Source of the DNA: Cycas panzhihuaensis
Lineage: Eukaryota > Plantae > Cycadophyta
Direction of reading: 5' to 3'
DNA: 64,000 nt
Assembly (NCBI GenBank): GCA_023213395.1
Contig: CM041465.1
Span: forward strand, 161,951,741 to 162,015,740
The stretch's first letter is position 1; each line of letters opens with the position of its first letter. Shown here one piece after another: positions 11,963 to 28,200 of the stretch. A model generated the notes under the pieces. That model searched no databases and was not told the origin of the DNA. It saw only the letters and a program-made list of their open reading frames with translations. The position numbers and the translations under genes were made by a program.

Positions 11963-14900
11963 TGTTGAAATATGTGACATTATTATATATGTAATATTTA
12001 ATGTGATATAGTAAACCCACATAAAATGTCATTCATTAAAAGTATTAAGAGATGTAATATACACAATTATTTATGTATACATTCTATTAAATGATGAAAT
12101 GACTCAAGAGATATTTTAAGCTGTTCATGAGGAGATTATTTATATAAATATATATAAACCACTTAAGAACTTGAGAAAGGATCAAGAGAGAATGGACTCT
12201 TTTGGAGATGTAATTATTTGATATCTAGAGAGGAGCTACTAACTCCAACCTTCTCTGATAGTTTTTCCTACACTAGTTTTTCCATATATAAATATATTAT
12301 CTTTCTTATAGTGCATACTTTTTATATTTATACTTTATATTCCATGCTATTACTTGATATATTTATAGTACATTACATGATTATGTATATTCCTCATGAT
12401 ATTATTCATTGATTATATATGTTTACTATACTTTTGTTGTATATAATAAGTAAATTTTCATATGGTATAAAAGTTAAATTCTAAAATCTAGTATGGTATC
12501 AAAGCCATATTGTAAAAGATCTTATAGAAGTAGGATGCAAGCCTATCTATGAGCCAGTTAATCTAATAAAAAACTAGTACAAGAGCCAGTACAAAGTGTG
12601 TTTTGATGAGCCAAAAATCTAATTATTCCAGTTATACCAGTGATATGTGACTATAATCCTAAGGAAATATTAAGGTGATGAGAGCTACATATAGGAGATT
12701 AAAGCCACATACAGATGTTAAAAGTAGTATTAGTGATGGTATTTTGATATTTAATTTATTATGGATAATTATTTATACATGCAAGTATATATTCATGAGC
12801 ATGTAGGTTTGAAGCAAGTCCACTAGATTTGATAAGAAGACATTATTATCAATTGAATCTGCCTATGTAAATTGACCCCTTGTAGATGTGACTAAGGTTT
12901 TGTAAAACTATTCATTTCACTTAACCTCATAACTAGCAATAATAAAACATATAATTATTAATAAGACACCTCTCCTACATAATTTTTGTTCATAGAATCT
13001 TTTGTCTAACTTAACTTGTAGAGTTTCTTCTAGTCAAAGTTATTTTTGCAGTAGTTTCTTTATCAAGAGATGAGCAAAAGGATGATGAATATAAAAGTGC
13101 TATAAAGATTAAATGAAGAAGATAAAGTAGGACATGATAAACTAGGAAAGTTAGTATCCCATGATCTTATGACCTTTATAAGATCTATTTTGGTATATTC
13201 TAATGTTTTTAAATGCTCCAAAGATCATGATAATGTTATTGATAATAGATGATGAATGAAAAAGAAAGTTTTATTTAAAATGAAGATATTAAAGGCTTAT
13301 TAATAGTATTTAAAGGCTCAAAATTTATGAAGAAATAATGATATGGGATATATTTGATGTAAAATTTAATGTGAAAATCTTTTGATATATACTAGACATG
13401 AAAATGCCCCTTAGAATTTGCAGATTTAATTTAGTGGAACTATGTAACACTTATCAAATGTAATATTCACTTAGTTTATTAGGTACTTATTTGAATGAAT
13501 GAATAAATGATAACACCACATAATATTGATGAAGGACCCAATTTATTCATTTGTTGGAGGGATAAGTTGATGTGATAATTAAGTGAAATTTCTATCTATT
13601 TATAAGAAATAAAGAATAAGGAGAAATCTCATATATGTTGATAGCTTGGAACTAAATCAGTTATTGAGGTTATCCAACTTATATAAGAAATATATTTATC
13701 GGTGAGAAATTTAACTTGCCATATATTACAAGAGGCATGAAAAAATATTATTTATATTGCCTTATTACATCTAACTTGCCTTAGATAAGTAGTATGCCTA
13801 GTTTTTAAAGTTAATATATTTGGATGATTGATTTGAGGATGTCGACGAGTTATTTATTAGTTGCCAAAAGAAAGCTATAAATGTATGTAGATGCATCAAT
13901 AAAGGTAATGCACAAGTTATTTACTGATATATGAGGCAAGATGAATGGGGCGACTCTTACACAACATATAGATTGTGTTGTTATTCTTATATATAAGAGG
14001 TGAAAGATTTTATGTCACTCTTGCAACAACATTTTGCCTAATAGATAATGTTGTTATATTTATTGATGAACCACATACAATAAATACATCCTTGAGGACT
14101 AACAATCAAAATAGCTAGTTACCTATATATTTTAGTAGATAGTTATTATTTTATATGAGCATTAATAATAATTTTGATATTGTTGAGATGATAGTTTGAT
14201 AAAATTACTGCTTACAAATACTTTATAAGTAAAAATATAAAGTTATTTAAGAAAACACTTGATATAAATATGATAATGAGAATCATGTATATTAGTTGAT
14301 ATTTTATGGATGATTGATTATCACTATACAAAGTTTTATAGGTTGGTTATTCATAGTTGGTTATTAATGATCACAGATGACTACATATACTTTATAGATT
14401 AATTCTTGCAAAAAATAAGCATTATGTGGATAATTTTATGAATTATAGGTGATACAGATTAATACAACTTAATAAAAGTTATAGATTTATAAATTCTAGC
14501 ATACAAGAAAGTAGGAAAGCATGAAGATAAACACCGAGTATTGAAGACTTGAATACTTGAAGATTTGAAGACATTAAATATTAAGGAGGAGTATTGGAAT
14601 ATGTGATATTATCACATATATAATATTTAATATAATATAATAGACTCACATAAAATTCCACTTACTAAAAGCATTAAGAGATATGAGTGCACAATTATTC
14701 ATGTATACATTCTATTAGATGATAAAATAACTTAAGAGATATTTTAGGTTATTCATGAGAAGATTGTTCATATAAATATATACACATACCACTTGAAAAC
14801 TTGATAAGGAAATGAGAGAGGAAGGACTCATTTGGGGTTATAATTATTTGATATCTAAAGAGGATCTCCCAACTCTAACCTTCTCCCGTATTTTTTTCCA

Positions 14901-15123
14901 CACTAGATTTTTTACTTATAAATCTATTATCTCTCTTATAATGCATACTTCTCATATTTATACTTTATATTTTATGTTATTATTTGATATATTTATATTA
15001 TATTACACAATTATGTACATTCCTCATGATATAATTCATTGATTATATATGTTTAATATATTTCTACTATATATAATAAGCACATTTCAATATGGTATCA
15101 AAGTTAAATTCTAAATTCTAACA
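11963..15123 (+). mobile_element. Non-autonomous LTR element C (about 3.2 kb) with no intact coding region
   Basis: About 531-bp LTRs at 11963-12493 and 14592-15123, PBS tggtatcaaagcc at 12494, PPT aaggaggag at 14583-14591, TSD tatag/tatat. Confidence 0.9.
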
Positions 15124-15399
15124 TATATTTGGTTAAGGAACTAGGGCCTTATAGGGTCCTTATAAATATCTATTTATTCTTCCTATAGTTCTTCTTCTTG
15201 ATCATCTTCTACTTCTGCTACCTATACTTGTTTTCTCTTAGAGTAAATAAAAGAGTGCCCTCTTTCCCATTTTTACTTGTAATCATAGTGAAGCCCCTAA
15301 GCTTTTCTTCTAGCCTTTTCTAGACCTTTCTTAATGAGGGGTCTAAATTTGGTGGGTGGAAGTAATCATTTTGAAGGCATAGTTAACCTCTTATTAGGT

Positions 15400-15910
15400 A
15401 GAATATATGGTGATACTTATTAACTAATGGTTTATCTAGATATTATAGTTGCATTACATACCTTAGTTTATTATGCCTTTCATCTTACATTTTCTATACT
15501 TGTTGGTTTGAATCAATGCATATCCTCGTAAATATCTACTTAGAAAATACGTATATAAAATGGTAGTATGTCTTTTGATTTGATCTTTCCCTTATACTAT
15601 AATTTCTTAAATTCTTGTATGCATTAGTATATCATCTTATTTACATGGAAATTGTATGCTAATTAAGCATGAAATGGATCTCCATAATTATCTTTAATTC
15701 ATTCTCAAAAAGCTTCCATAAACTCTTTCAACTTATGAGTGTTAGATGCTCCTATTTCTATGTTGATACCCAGATATATAATGATTCCTTAATGTATTTT
15801 ATAGCAATGTTTAGTTGAACTTGGTTGTTAGTAATGTAGACGATCTTGTTAACCATTCATCAGCATCTAGTTCTCCACCCTTTATGTAGGTAGGTATTGT
15901 CAAGTTATGA
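15400..15910 (-). pseudogene. Ty3/gypsy gag relic of an old host element
   Basis: The minus strand reads LTIPTYIKGGELDADEWL...KEFMEAF. A protease-like HNYVTP relic lies near 11870-11890 and a degenerate reverse-complement PBS (gctctaatacta) at 20771-20782. Together these suggest one minus-strand host into which B, C and D inserted. Confidence 0.5.
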
Positions 15911-16651
15911 TAAAATATTTGTAATCATCCTTCTCTAATAATTTTTTGTACTTCTTTAGCTTTAGGTTTATAGCTATCAAATTTGTGATTATTATTATCC
16001 TTTTATTATTATTTGAAGGTATATTCTCTCACTTCATTAATAACTTAAGATAGTGATCAGAGCATCTCTCTAATGTTAAATAAGTATACTCTTATTTTGA
16101 GACTACCTTTTATAAAATCTATTCTCCCTTTTCTTCTTGTTTGCCTAATATAATTAATAATTGTAGGTTTATAGGTCCCTATTCAAAGCTCTAACATTTA
16201 CAAAAACTACTATTTATTTTTGGCCTTAAAATCACTCCATAATTGAACCCAATATAAGCTTATGACTACTCGCTTTTAACTCCTGTGAATTAGGATTTTA
16301 ATGCCATAGATAGAACTAATTTTTTATTCCTATAACTAAAGTTATCATCAAAACATTATCAATAGGTCATAAAAATAACCTTTTTTAATGGAAAAAGGGA
16401 GCTTAGCCCTTTTTGTTAAAGCTTTTGGTCACATCAGCAGTCTATTTGATCATGGCCTTTCATAATAGTGGGTTGGCGAAATTTGAAATAGACTATAATA
16501 TGGTTTAAATTTATTAAACTTTAGGATTAAATTATCTTAGGTAGATTTTTTTACATGTTATCTACATTTAATATGCAATAATGGCTATGGTAATGTTTGC
16601 CAGCATATTTATGCCTATAAACTCAACGAGGGGGAATAAACCTTTAGACAC

Positions 16652-19600
16652 TATTATGTTCCTAAATTTTAAAGAAGTTTGTGAACTCATATTTTTGGAA
16701 GATAGAGGAAGCATTATTTAATGTATATTTATTATAAAGTTGGTATTTTTAGGATAAAGTCATTACATCTCTAAATTAGATGAAGTCAATATTTTAAAGA
16801 GAGATAATTAGAAGTTGGGTTTATAAGGAGAAAATAAGGCTATAAATAGAGGATCCCCGTTCATTTGTAGATCATCTTTGGAGAAATTGATATTTTAGAT
16901 CTGGAATAATGTACTAAGGCCATTAGGGCACTGTGTACTATTTTGGGAGGAAACCCTCACCTCGAAGAGGGTAAAATACTACTATTATTTTATTTAGTAT
17001 TTACTATTTATTATGGTTAGTTTGATATTAATCTCATATTATTATATGCTCTGCTATTATATCTAAATTATTTTGCTTATCTGTTGTTATATTATTTTTA
17101 TAAATTATCTATGGTATGAATACTATATTTTCTCTTTATAACCAGTGCCCATCACTACAAGTGGTATTGAAGCTTCATTATTTAGAGTATAAACAAAAGA
17201 ATTTTAGAAAAATAGCCATAAATTTAAGTCAATCATATTTGTTTTATAAATTTTGAGTGATTATATGATAAGTTTTGAAGTAAAATTACAAAAATATAGG
17301 GTATTTAGTTTCAACCTACTATCAATCACTATTTTTAGGGCCTAAACTCTACTATTATAATTTCAAATAGCCATAACTTTTACTATAGGTGTTTAATTAA
17401 CCTTAATTTTTTCTTTTAAATCTTTACAACTTGACATTTACTTTCTGTTGAAAGTGGTTTTAGATCTATCAAATATTAGAGTAAAAAATTATTAGCATTT
17501 TAGTAATAGATACTATTATAACCCCCATAAATCCTAATTATGTTCTATATTAAAAGAGGCATAATAATTTCTATAGGACTCAAATTTTTTTTAATTGATA
17601 TGGCTTGAATCATAAATTACTCAACAAAAATATTTTTTCAATATAAAGATCTAATTCAAAAGTTATTACTATCTTAGTGGAGGGTGCTACTACTATGCTA
17701 AAATTTAGATTTTTTATCCAACTTATAAGGGTCACTATAGGAGCTACTTAGCTCTAAACCACCTCAAACTAAGCCCATTAGCAATGTTTTAAAATTCTTT
17801 CCACTTAGGGAAAGTAATCACTTAATTTAGATTAATGGAGAAAAAGTTGTATCATTTTTTTTTTATTTTCAAAAGGGGGTACTTGAACATTTTCATCCAG
17901 AACATTTGCTACAAGTACCAGATTTTAGTTTCATCTAAACCATTAGAATATTTGTTTAGAGATAATTTATTTAAATGGTTACATGGTATAGTTCTGATCA
18001 ATCCTTGATGCAAATTTTAATCCATGAAGTTATAACCTTTTGTTAAAAAGAAAAAAAAGAATGATGACTTGGTTAAAGGGAAAATCTTCAGTAGAATTAA
18101 AGGAGTTATTAAAGTAGATGCAACAAAAGACATGATTAATATAAAAAATTTGAAGTATTCAATAATTCACCCCATGGAAATATATATTAATTATAAAATG
18201 GCTTCAACATGTTGACACATATTGTGGACTCATACCAGATACAAAATTTAAGGATTATGGACCAAGTATTTAATATCACTTAAGGGGGAAAGCTCATTAA
18301 TGGTAAAGGATTAGTCTAAAGAAATAAAAATCTTCAATAAATAATATTGGTTTAAAGGAGATTTTAGAATAGTCTCTACCAAGTGGGATCAAGATAAAAA
18401 AATGAACCTAGCTCAAGACAATGTTGTCAATAAGAACCCAAAACAAATTAATCACATAGAAGTTGCCAAAGAATCGAAGAAACTAGATGAAGGGACCATA
18501 AAAGAGAAAGAATTGACTATTGATAAAGGGATCTAAAAAACACTACAAAAGTATTAAGAAGAATTAATTTAGAGAAACAACACAATAATATAAAAGACAC
18601 AAAGTAAAGGAAGACTAAGCATCTTATAGAAGAATCTAACCAGGTATTAGCTAAAAGAAATCACTATGATAAAAAACTTATATAGGAGCAACAAGATAGA
18701 GCTAATAAGAAATTAGAAAAGGATCTAATAAAGATACATGGACCTTAGGAAAAGCCTAAGCGGGTTGTAAAAGAAGTCAAACAACTAAGTAATTCCCATA
18801 AGATACTTAATCTTATTTTGCACATGCATATTTCCTTTAGTAGTTTTATTTATACTCTTTTTTTTCCATCCTTAGCAATTGTATAGGTACCCTCTCCCCC
18901 TTACTCCATAGCTATCCAATCTCCTAAACTTCTTAATTCCAAGGTTTATGTACGATAAATTTTAGTTCCTCTCTATAACCCTAACTAATCCCACCTTTCA
19001 CATGTCTCTGCCCCCTACAGAATCTCCTTAAGCACATGCTCTAAACCCTCTATCTTACATTTATCATGTTTCACTTCCTATTATGATCATGGCCTCCTAT
19101 AAAACCTTATCATATCTATCCCAACCTTCCACACCTCAATATAACCCATACTCTTTTTTCCTATTAATCCCCCCATCCAATACATCCCCCACACGTGAAT
19201 CTCTATGTAAACCTCTTTCCCATAAAGTGAATCTAGCACCAATTATGCATCCTTCTTATTTCCCTAAGATCCCTAATTATGCAACCAAGCATGTTTTGAT
19301 CATAACCCTTTTTCATATCAATTCTTAGACCCCAAGTACTCTTCACTATATTATTCATTTCTCTAGGTTTCCCACATATACAAGTTTATTGTTAATTACC
19401 TCATAGACTCCCATTTCTCCCACTCTTTCTTGTGTTATGATGTCACCTATATATAGATTTTATGATTAACTTTCTTCTAGACTCGTAAAACTACATCATA
19501 GCTTTTTACACAAAAATTCTAAGTATTCTCATCACCTCTCATTCCATGAGCCATGGCATCTGAAGATAAAATATGTAAACATAAAATAAGATCAAGGCTA

Positions 19601-20383
19601 AGCATCAAAGGTACCACATGGGTCCCAAGATCAATTCACTATAGGATAAGTTACAACATATACTTAGTCCTAAGAATGAGCATCTACAAATTTAGGTCAC
19701 TCATTAGCAATTTTCAATAAAAGTCACAAGACTGAACCTAATTTTTATAATGTACAAGATTTAGTAGGTAACAATTAGAAGTAATGGTTAAAGCTAAACT
19801 AAATAAGATTTATATACAACTACCTATACTTTAAGGTTAAAGTATTTCAAAGGAAGAGAGAGTTGTTATATTCCTAAATTCTAAAGAAATTGGTGAAGTC
19901 ATTTTTTTAAGAAGATAAATGAAGAATAATTTAACATATAGTTATTATAAAGATGACATTTTTATGAGAGATAGTCATTGCATCCCTAAATTAGATGAAG
20001 TCAATATTTTAAGGAGAGAGAATTAGAAGTTAGATTTAGAGAGAGAAAATAAGACTATAAATAGAGAAGCCTCATTCATTTGTGAATTATCTTTAGAGGA
20101 TTTGATATTTTAGATCTAGAATAATGGCCTAGGGTTGTTAGTGCACTATGTACTATTTTGGGAGGAAACTCTCACCTTGAAAAGGGCAAGAGACTACTAT
20201 TATTTTATCTAGTATTTATTATCTATTGTGGTTAGTTTAATATTAATTTGATATTATTATATGGTCTACTATTATATCTAAATTATTATGCATATGTGTT
20301 ATTATTTATGATGAGATATTTTTATAAATTATTTATGGCATGAATGTTATATTTTTAATCTATAAACAATGGGCATCACCATA
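16652..20383 (+). mobile_element. Non-autonomous LTR element D (about 3.7 kb) with a gypsy-type gag relic
   Basis: LTRs at 16652-17159 and 19864-20383, PBS tggtattgaagc at 17162, PPT aaggaagagagag before 19864, TSD gacac/aacac. Relic WLQHVDTYC...YHLRGKAH*W at about 18195-18305. No pol. Confidence 0.9.
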
Positions 20384-21911
20384 AACACTCATAGCTAGTA
20401 GTGTTACCCATCCAATGAGCTCAGTTTGGAAGTTAGAAGCTTAAGAAAAATGCTCAATGAGTCATCAAAAGTTCATACACCATCATTCATCTCATGAAAA
20501 TGCCATGCAAAGTGAGGGTTTCATAGTCAGTGATGTGCCCTAAAACCCTTTCTTAGAGTTTCACCAATGCCCTACAATACTGCCAAATAATATATCCTAT
20601 ATTGGGAGATATCCATAGAAGACTGGATATGCCTAATGAAAAGATGCTTCCAAGATCTTAATACCTATAGATAAAGTTAGTCATCATGACCCAATGTGAG
20701 TCTCACAAAACTACCACATTTATTTTCATAGCTTTATTCAAGCTTGTACACCAACACCCATGAACCTGGTGCTCTAATACTAGTTGAAGTGATCTCGATC
20801 ACTTTATGGAGAGATTATATAAATAACCTTTTACAAAAATAATAATAATATTTAATTACAATCATAATAGAGTGTTAGTTAGGTGTAGATCTAAATTTAA
20901 TTCTAATACATACATATATATGTCATAAGGGATATAGTGCCCTATAAATAAAGCATAATTTTTCTTTCTCTTCTTTTTTTTTTTTTTGCAACTTTACCAA
21001 GTTAGTTTTTAATAGTTACAATTTTGTAATAATATATCCAATTAGAGATGCAAGTAGAATTGAGGTATTTGACCTAAATAAAACTGCCAATGATAGAATG
21101 GATCAAAATAAAATGTAATAATCTTTAAGTTGTTTTGTCATTAGTCAACACTTCCTTAGCCTAATAATTTACATTAGAATTAGATAGTTGTAATAGTCTA
21201 AGTAACTAAAAAGATATCCTACTAACTAGAAATGGTTACAATTTCAAGGAATAACTTTAAAAGATAAGACTTCAAATGAAGAAGGGTTATTATCACTTTG
21301 TTTAGCTAGTACAATCACCACTTCCCTTTTCTTTCTTTTCCTAGTCCTTTTTTTAAAAAAATTAGGACTCCATAAAATCTCTCTTTTTTATCCAAGTTGT
21401 TAAATGTTGTTTAGTTTACTTTTGGTTTCTCCTTTATTTTAGGTTGAAATAAGTGTAAGATAAACCCACATGAGAATCATGGGTTATGAGCATGAACATG
21501 ACAACAATTTAGGATACTATTTTATGGGTTGTAAATTAGGATGATGTAATGTTACATCTCCTTTTGATATGATATATATTAGTCAAATGAGTTAGTTCAT
21601 CTACTTATCTCTTTTATATAACTTGCTTTATATTCATCGAGTATAATTGAAGTCTACTTAGTTCTTATTTAGTAATGGAAGTAATAGGTTTTTATATTTA
21701 ATCTTGTTGAATTTCACAATAAGATTAACTTCTTATCCTTTTCCTTATTCATCCTTCTTGTCATATTTAATCCTTTTATTTTCCTTTCATTTCTTGTCCA
21801 ACTATTACACACCTATTTTATATGTATTTATAAATATCATTATGTATGGGATATCACTTATTACATTCCTATCCGTGTATGTATAGATACACACACATAC
21901 ACATATAATAA

Positions 21912-22999
<1,088 letters not shown>

Positions 23000-24663
23000 C
23001 TCTTAATTTATATGTCATAATGTCTAAGTCCTAAGATAATAAATCAATAATTAAATAATTATTATTATAGAATGTTTAATGCATATTTATATATACTATA
23101 AGGATCATTTCTAAATAGACATGCTTTTTAATAAGGCATTAATATAATTAAGATCATTAATTAAGCTCATAATAGAGTGTTTATATAAGATGTTCAATTG
23201 AAGTTGTTACAAAAATTAGAGTTGTATGAGTCTTAGAGAAATTATTACTTGCATTAATGCATCTAGTGGAGTATAATGTAAACCATAACCTATGTGTGGG
23301 TCACTATAAAGGAAATAAGTTGGCTCAGTTAGAGTAGGGGGAACATGGAAATATACATAAAACATAAATATACCCATTGCCAAAGTAGAAGTAAACATGT
23401 GATTCTAAATCTTGGGAAAGAGTCTCAAGTTGAACCTGAAAAATGAGCTAGGTGCTTAATCAATGTTAGTATGGTAGTTTACTTGACTAATGTTAAATAT
23501 GTGGTGCAAATAATATGGAGAATAGTGTGGATATTGAGGCTAATATATGCTGATATATTATCAATGGATGTACACATTAAGGGTCTATATAAAGAGATCT
23601 AGAGTCCATTATATGTATCATTATTCTATATTAATGTGATCTATTAATATTTTGGCAGTGGATTTTTACCAAAAGGTTTCTCACATAAATCTATCATATT
23701 GTGAGTTTGTTATCTTATGTGCTTGTTACATACAGAAATAATCTATTTTATCTATTTCATTTGTGTTTCTAACACAGCATCAAAGAAGATGGTCATGTGT
23801 AATAGAAGCTTGTGTTGGGTAGAGTGATAAGGTCATAAGTTATTAGGTAGTGTTGCCATAACCTTTTATTGAGGACTGATCTTCTTTGATAATAGTAAGA
23901 GTGGTCATAGTATAATAATGGTCATTTATTAAGTGAGGAGAGAGGTGATGGGAGGTTGCATATACACAGGTTGTTCTTCTATTAATTAAATATTTAATAC
24001 TATGTAGCTAAATGTTAGTCACCAGATATAGATAATTACGTACCTAGCTAAGTTTGGGTCACCAGATGTGGGTTGTATTTTTGTTTTAGTTGAGATAGAG
24101 TCACCAATCTATTATGTAGCCTATTGGGAGATGAAGACACAAGAGATTAAGACAAATGTAAAGATAGAGATGTCACATATTTACCAATTGATCATGCAGA
24201 ATAACCAATCATGGACAAAGTTGTAAATATGGGTTTAATGGTTGTTATCTCTGTCGATTAACATGCAATTTAGATTTATTTTTTGTTGGGTTGGCAACCA
24301 TCACAATTGTATATTTGCCTACTTGTTATGACATTGGTCAAGTTGCTAGCCATTTGGGTTGCCACTAATTGAGTTGCCTACTATAGTATTGACACAACCA
24401 TAAACTTTGAGGATGAACATGTAGACATATATGAACATAATTGTGAGATAAAACATCATCTGTGAGGAAGTCACATACATAGGGTCATAAATGAAATTGC
24501 ACACGCAAGGCCATGACATTAAGACATTAGTCATTAAATGCAGATTCTATCATTGAGATCTAATCATAAATAAAGTTGAATAGCTTACTGTTGAAGTCAC
24601 AGAGTTACAGCTTTACAATATGAAGGTAATTCAGTATATTAAGGGGCAAACATTAATATTTAT

Positions 24664-24667
<4 letters not shown>

Positions 24668-24709
<42 letters not shown>

Positions 24710-24743
24710 ATATATATATATATATATATATAGATATATATAT
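24668..24743. repeat. (TA)n microsatellite in the leader of element E
   Basis: Read directly from the sequence; two symmetric interruptions. Confidence 0.97.
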
Positions 24744-25223
24744 CACTTTTATCTTACTATTTATTATGTTAAAGATTTAGTGGAATATGTGTTTTTGTAT
24801 AAATTGCCTTTGTAATGTTTGAGAATTTATGGGGTAATGGAGTCATATTCATGTGTAAAGTTAAATGAGACATCTAACATTCATGTATGACATATATATG
24901 TGATAACTTTAGCACTCCCAATAATTACATAATTAACCATTGTATCAAATATTTTTTATTATAATATTGTTGTGATTAATACTTGAGAGATTCATCTTAA
25001 TATAGTGGTGTTTTATACATTAAATTTAGACTTGTTTAGTGTTTAATATTGGCCTTTTCTATTGAACTATCTATGGGCTCATGAGCGAGTGTTTGACTAT
25101 TTTGTTGAGCCTTTAAATTTTGTGTTCTAGAACAAACTATTTGTGGATAATTAAACACTATGTTTGAGGGAATATTCCATGTGTAAGATTGGTGTAGAAA
25201 CCCAGTGTTTACCCTTTTTTCCC

Positions 25224-28200
25224 ATGGAAGCGTTGGTTCCCCATGTCATCTTTAATGGGAATAACTTAAGTGAATGGAAGGCAAATATGGAATTTGTTCT
25301 AATGGTGAACAAACTTTAAGGCACTATCAAATCTACATTATCAGTTATTCCTTTAGATGAGAAATAATATATTCATATAGAGGAGAAATAATTCATGGCT
25401 ATGGGATAACTTAAGTTATCTTTAGCTTTAGACCTAAGAAGACCTCATGAGATATGGATAAAGGTATGTGAGACATTTGAGAAAAAGGAAATAAATCATC
25501 ATGTTGACCTAATGATGGAGTTGTTGAATTCAACAATAGAGTATGAGAACAATATAAGTATATACCTAAATAAGATCATTGATTTAAGGAATAGGATGGA
25601 AGAATTGAATCCAAACTCAATAGATGATGCATTTCTCTTTGTGATTATTATGTCAAAATTTGTAGTTGCATTTAGAACCTTCCAGATTATCTATGTAAGA
25701 GATGAAGTTATGAGGGTGAATCATTTAAGTCCCTAAACAACCTAATCCTAAACAAAGACACCAAGCTAAAACATCATGAAATACTTGTTAGTTCAGAATT
25801 GAATCAATCCTTAGTTATAAAGACACAAAGAAAGGATATTATTCAAGAAGATAAGTTTACATAAAAAATAAGAGAGACATCTTGGGAGAAAAAGAAGTTT
25901 ACTAGTAAGTATAACTACTCCAAGAAAGAGGGTCAAAAAGAAAAGAATTATTGGTTCAAGAAGTAGGATAAGTACAAGGCTAGCCAAGATGACATGGGGA
26001 AGATTGTAGCAACATATTGTATTAGGGTATCAATATTATTAATTAAGTCAAATTAGAGAGACTATTAAATCCTTGACTCTGGAGTGTAGGTATACATTAC
26101 CTATAAGAGGTAGAACTTTGATGGCTTGATGCTAGTTCAAGTGATGCTAATATTATTCTTGGAGATGCCCACATATTACCCATGGAAGGTGTTAGCTTTA
26201 TTTTGCTTAGAGGTAGAAAATTTAATGGGGTTTACTATGTGCCTAACATGAAGATTGACCTTCTTTCTACCTAAGAAATCTGCAAATAAGGTATAAAATT
26301 TGAGATTTATAATAATAAATGCATAGTTAAGGATCCTAAAAATAACTTCTCTATCTTTGCTACTAGGAAAGTTTAAGATAACTTTTGGGTATTTGAGAAA
26401 TTTAGAGCCTAAAAGGAATCTTATGTTTTTATTACTAATTTTGATTATTTGAGTAAGTTATGGCATGAGCATCTTAGACATCTTAACTATGAGAGCATTA
26501 ACCTTTTGAATAGGTTAAATATGGTGGAAGGTTTACCACAAGTTCAATATTCATAAGGCATTTATAAAGGATATATATATATGGGAAACATCATCAATAT
26601 CCTTTTATTAGGGATTGTCTAGAGAGCTAAGGAGAAGTTGGAACTTATGCATACTAATTTGATAGAAGCATTTTCAAATCCTTCTATATCAGGTGCTTGT
26701 TTTACTCTTGTGTTCGTATATGATTATACTAGGAAAGTTTGGGTCTTTTTCTTAAAAAATAAATCTAAAGTATTTGACTGCTTTCGAAAATAAAAAGATT
26801 GAGTCAAGAATGAGAGTGATAAGAAAGTAAAAAATTTGATAAGTAACAATGAAAAGGAGTATGATAATTACCTTTAATCAATTATACCTTGATCATGGTG
26901 TAAAACAAGAATTAACCATATTATATAACCCACAACAAAATGGTGTTATAGAGAGAGAATCAAACGAGGAAGGAGATGGTAAGATACATTGTGTATGCAA
27001 AGAATCTACCATCGATGTTTTGGGTAGAAGTTATTGCAAAAGTTGTTTATATTCTTAATAGGGTATTAACAAAGGTTGTTTGTGGCATTACACCTGAAGA
27101 GAGTTAGATTAGTTATAAACCTTCCATTAATTATGTCAAAGTATTTAGGTGCATTGCATATGAATATATCCCAGACATACATCAAAAGAAGTTGGATTGT
27201 AAGAGTCTAAAGTGCATCTTTATGGGGTGCTCAAAAGAGAATAAAGCTTATAAACTTTAGGATCCATAGGGGAGGAAGCTTTTGATCAATCAAGATATTA
27301 AGTTTGATAAGTCAATAATGTATCATACTGAGAAGACATCTAAAGATATCTTTTATCCTCCACTTCTTATATTTCTAAGTCATGTTTTAATAAGTATAGA
27401 GGACATTGAGATAAGCACTATGACATAAAGGGAAGTTGGAATCAGTGGTAGTAATAATGAGGAGTTATCATAAGAAGAGATATGTATAATACCATGAGTT
27501 TTATTATGGGCTAAGAGGATGATTGAGAAGTCCAGTGTAATAATATAAGATCTTACAAATGAATGATGAACAAGAAGCTAGAATGATATTCAGACTTTGG
27601 TGGTAAACACCAATGACTCTAGTGATCCTATTTCATATGAATAAGTAAAGGGAGATGTGTGATGGAGAGATGAAATAAAGGAGTATAGTTTTATCATAAA
27701 GAATGACACATGGGATTTGGTTCCTTTACCTCCATCCAATAACATGATCAATCACAAGTGAGTCTATAAGATAAAGTTTCACTCTAATAGAGAGGTAAAC
27801 AAGTATAAGGCTAGACTTGTTATTTAAGGATTCAAATATAAATAAGGAATCAACTATGAAGAGACATTTACACTTGTCTTCAAGATGACATTAGTTTGAT
27901 TGATCCTTACTATATCAAATATACATGGTTGGGAGTTACACCAAATGGATGTGAAGTTAGCTTCCCTTAATGGAGACTTGAAAGAGGAGATCTATATGGC
28001 TCAATCTTTTAGTTTTGTAAAGGAAGGATCGGAGCATTTAATATGTTACTTGAAGAAATCTCTTTATGACCTAAAACAAGCACCATGTACTTGGTATACT
28101 TAGATGCTAGATTAAAGGAGGATGGTTTTGTGATAATAAAATCAGAGATAAGCCTATATATTCAAAGGAATGGACCTATAATAGTTGTTATTATGTTGTA

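Noticed and set aside
12218-15042. Two similar short ORFs suggesting a duplicated gene
   Set aside because: They are the same position in the two LTRs of element C.
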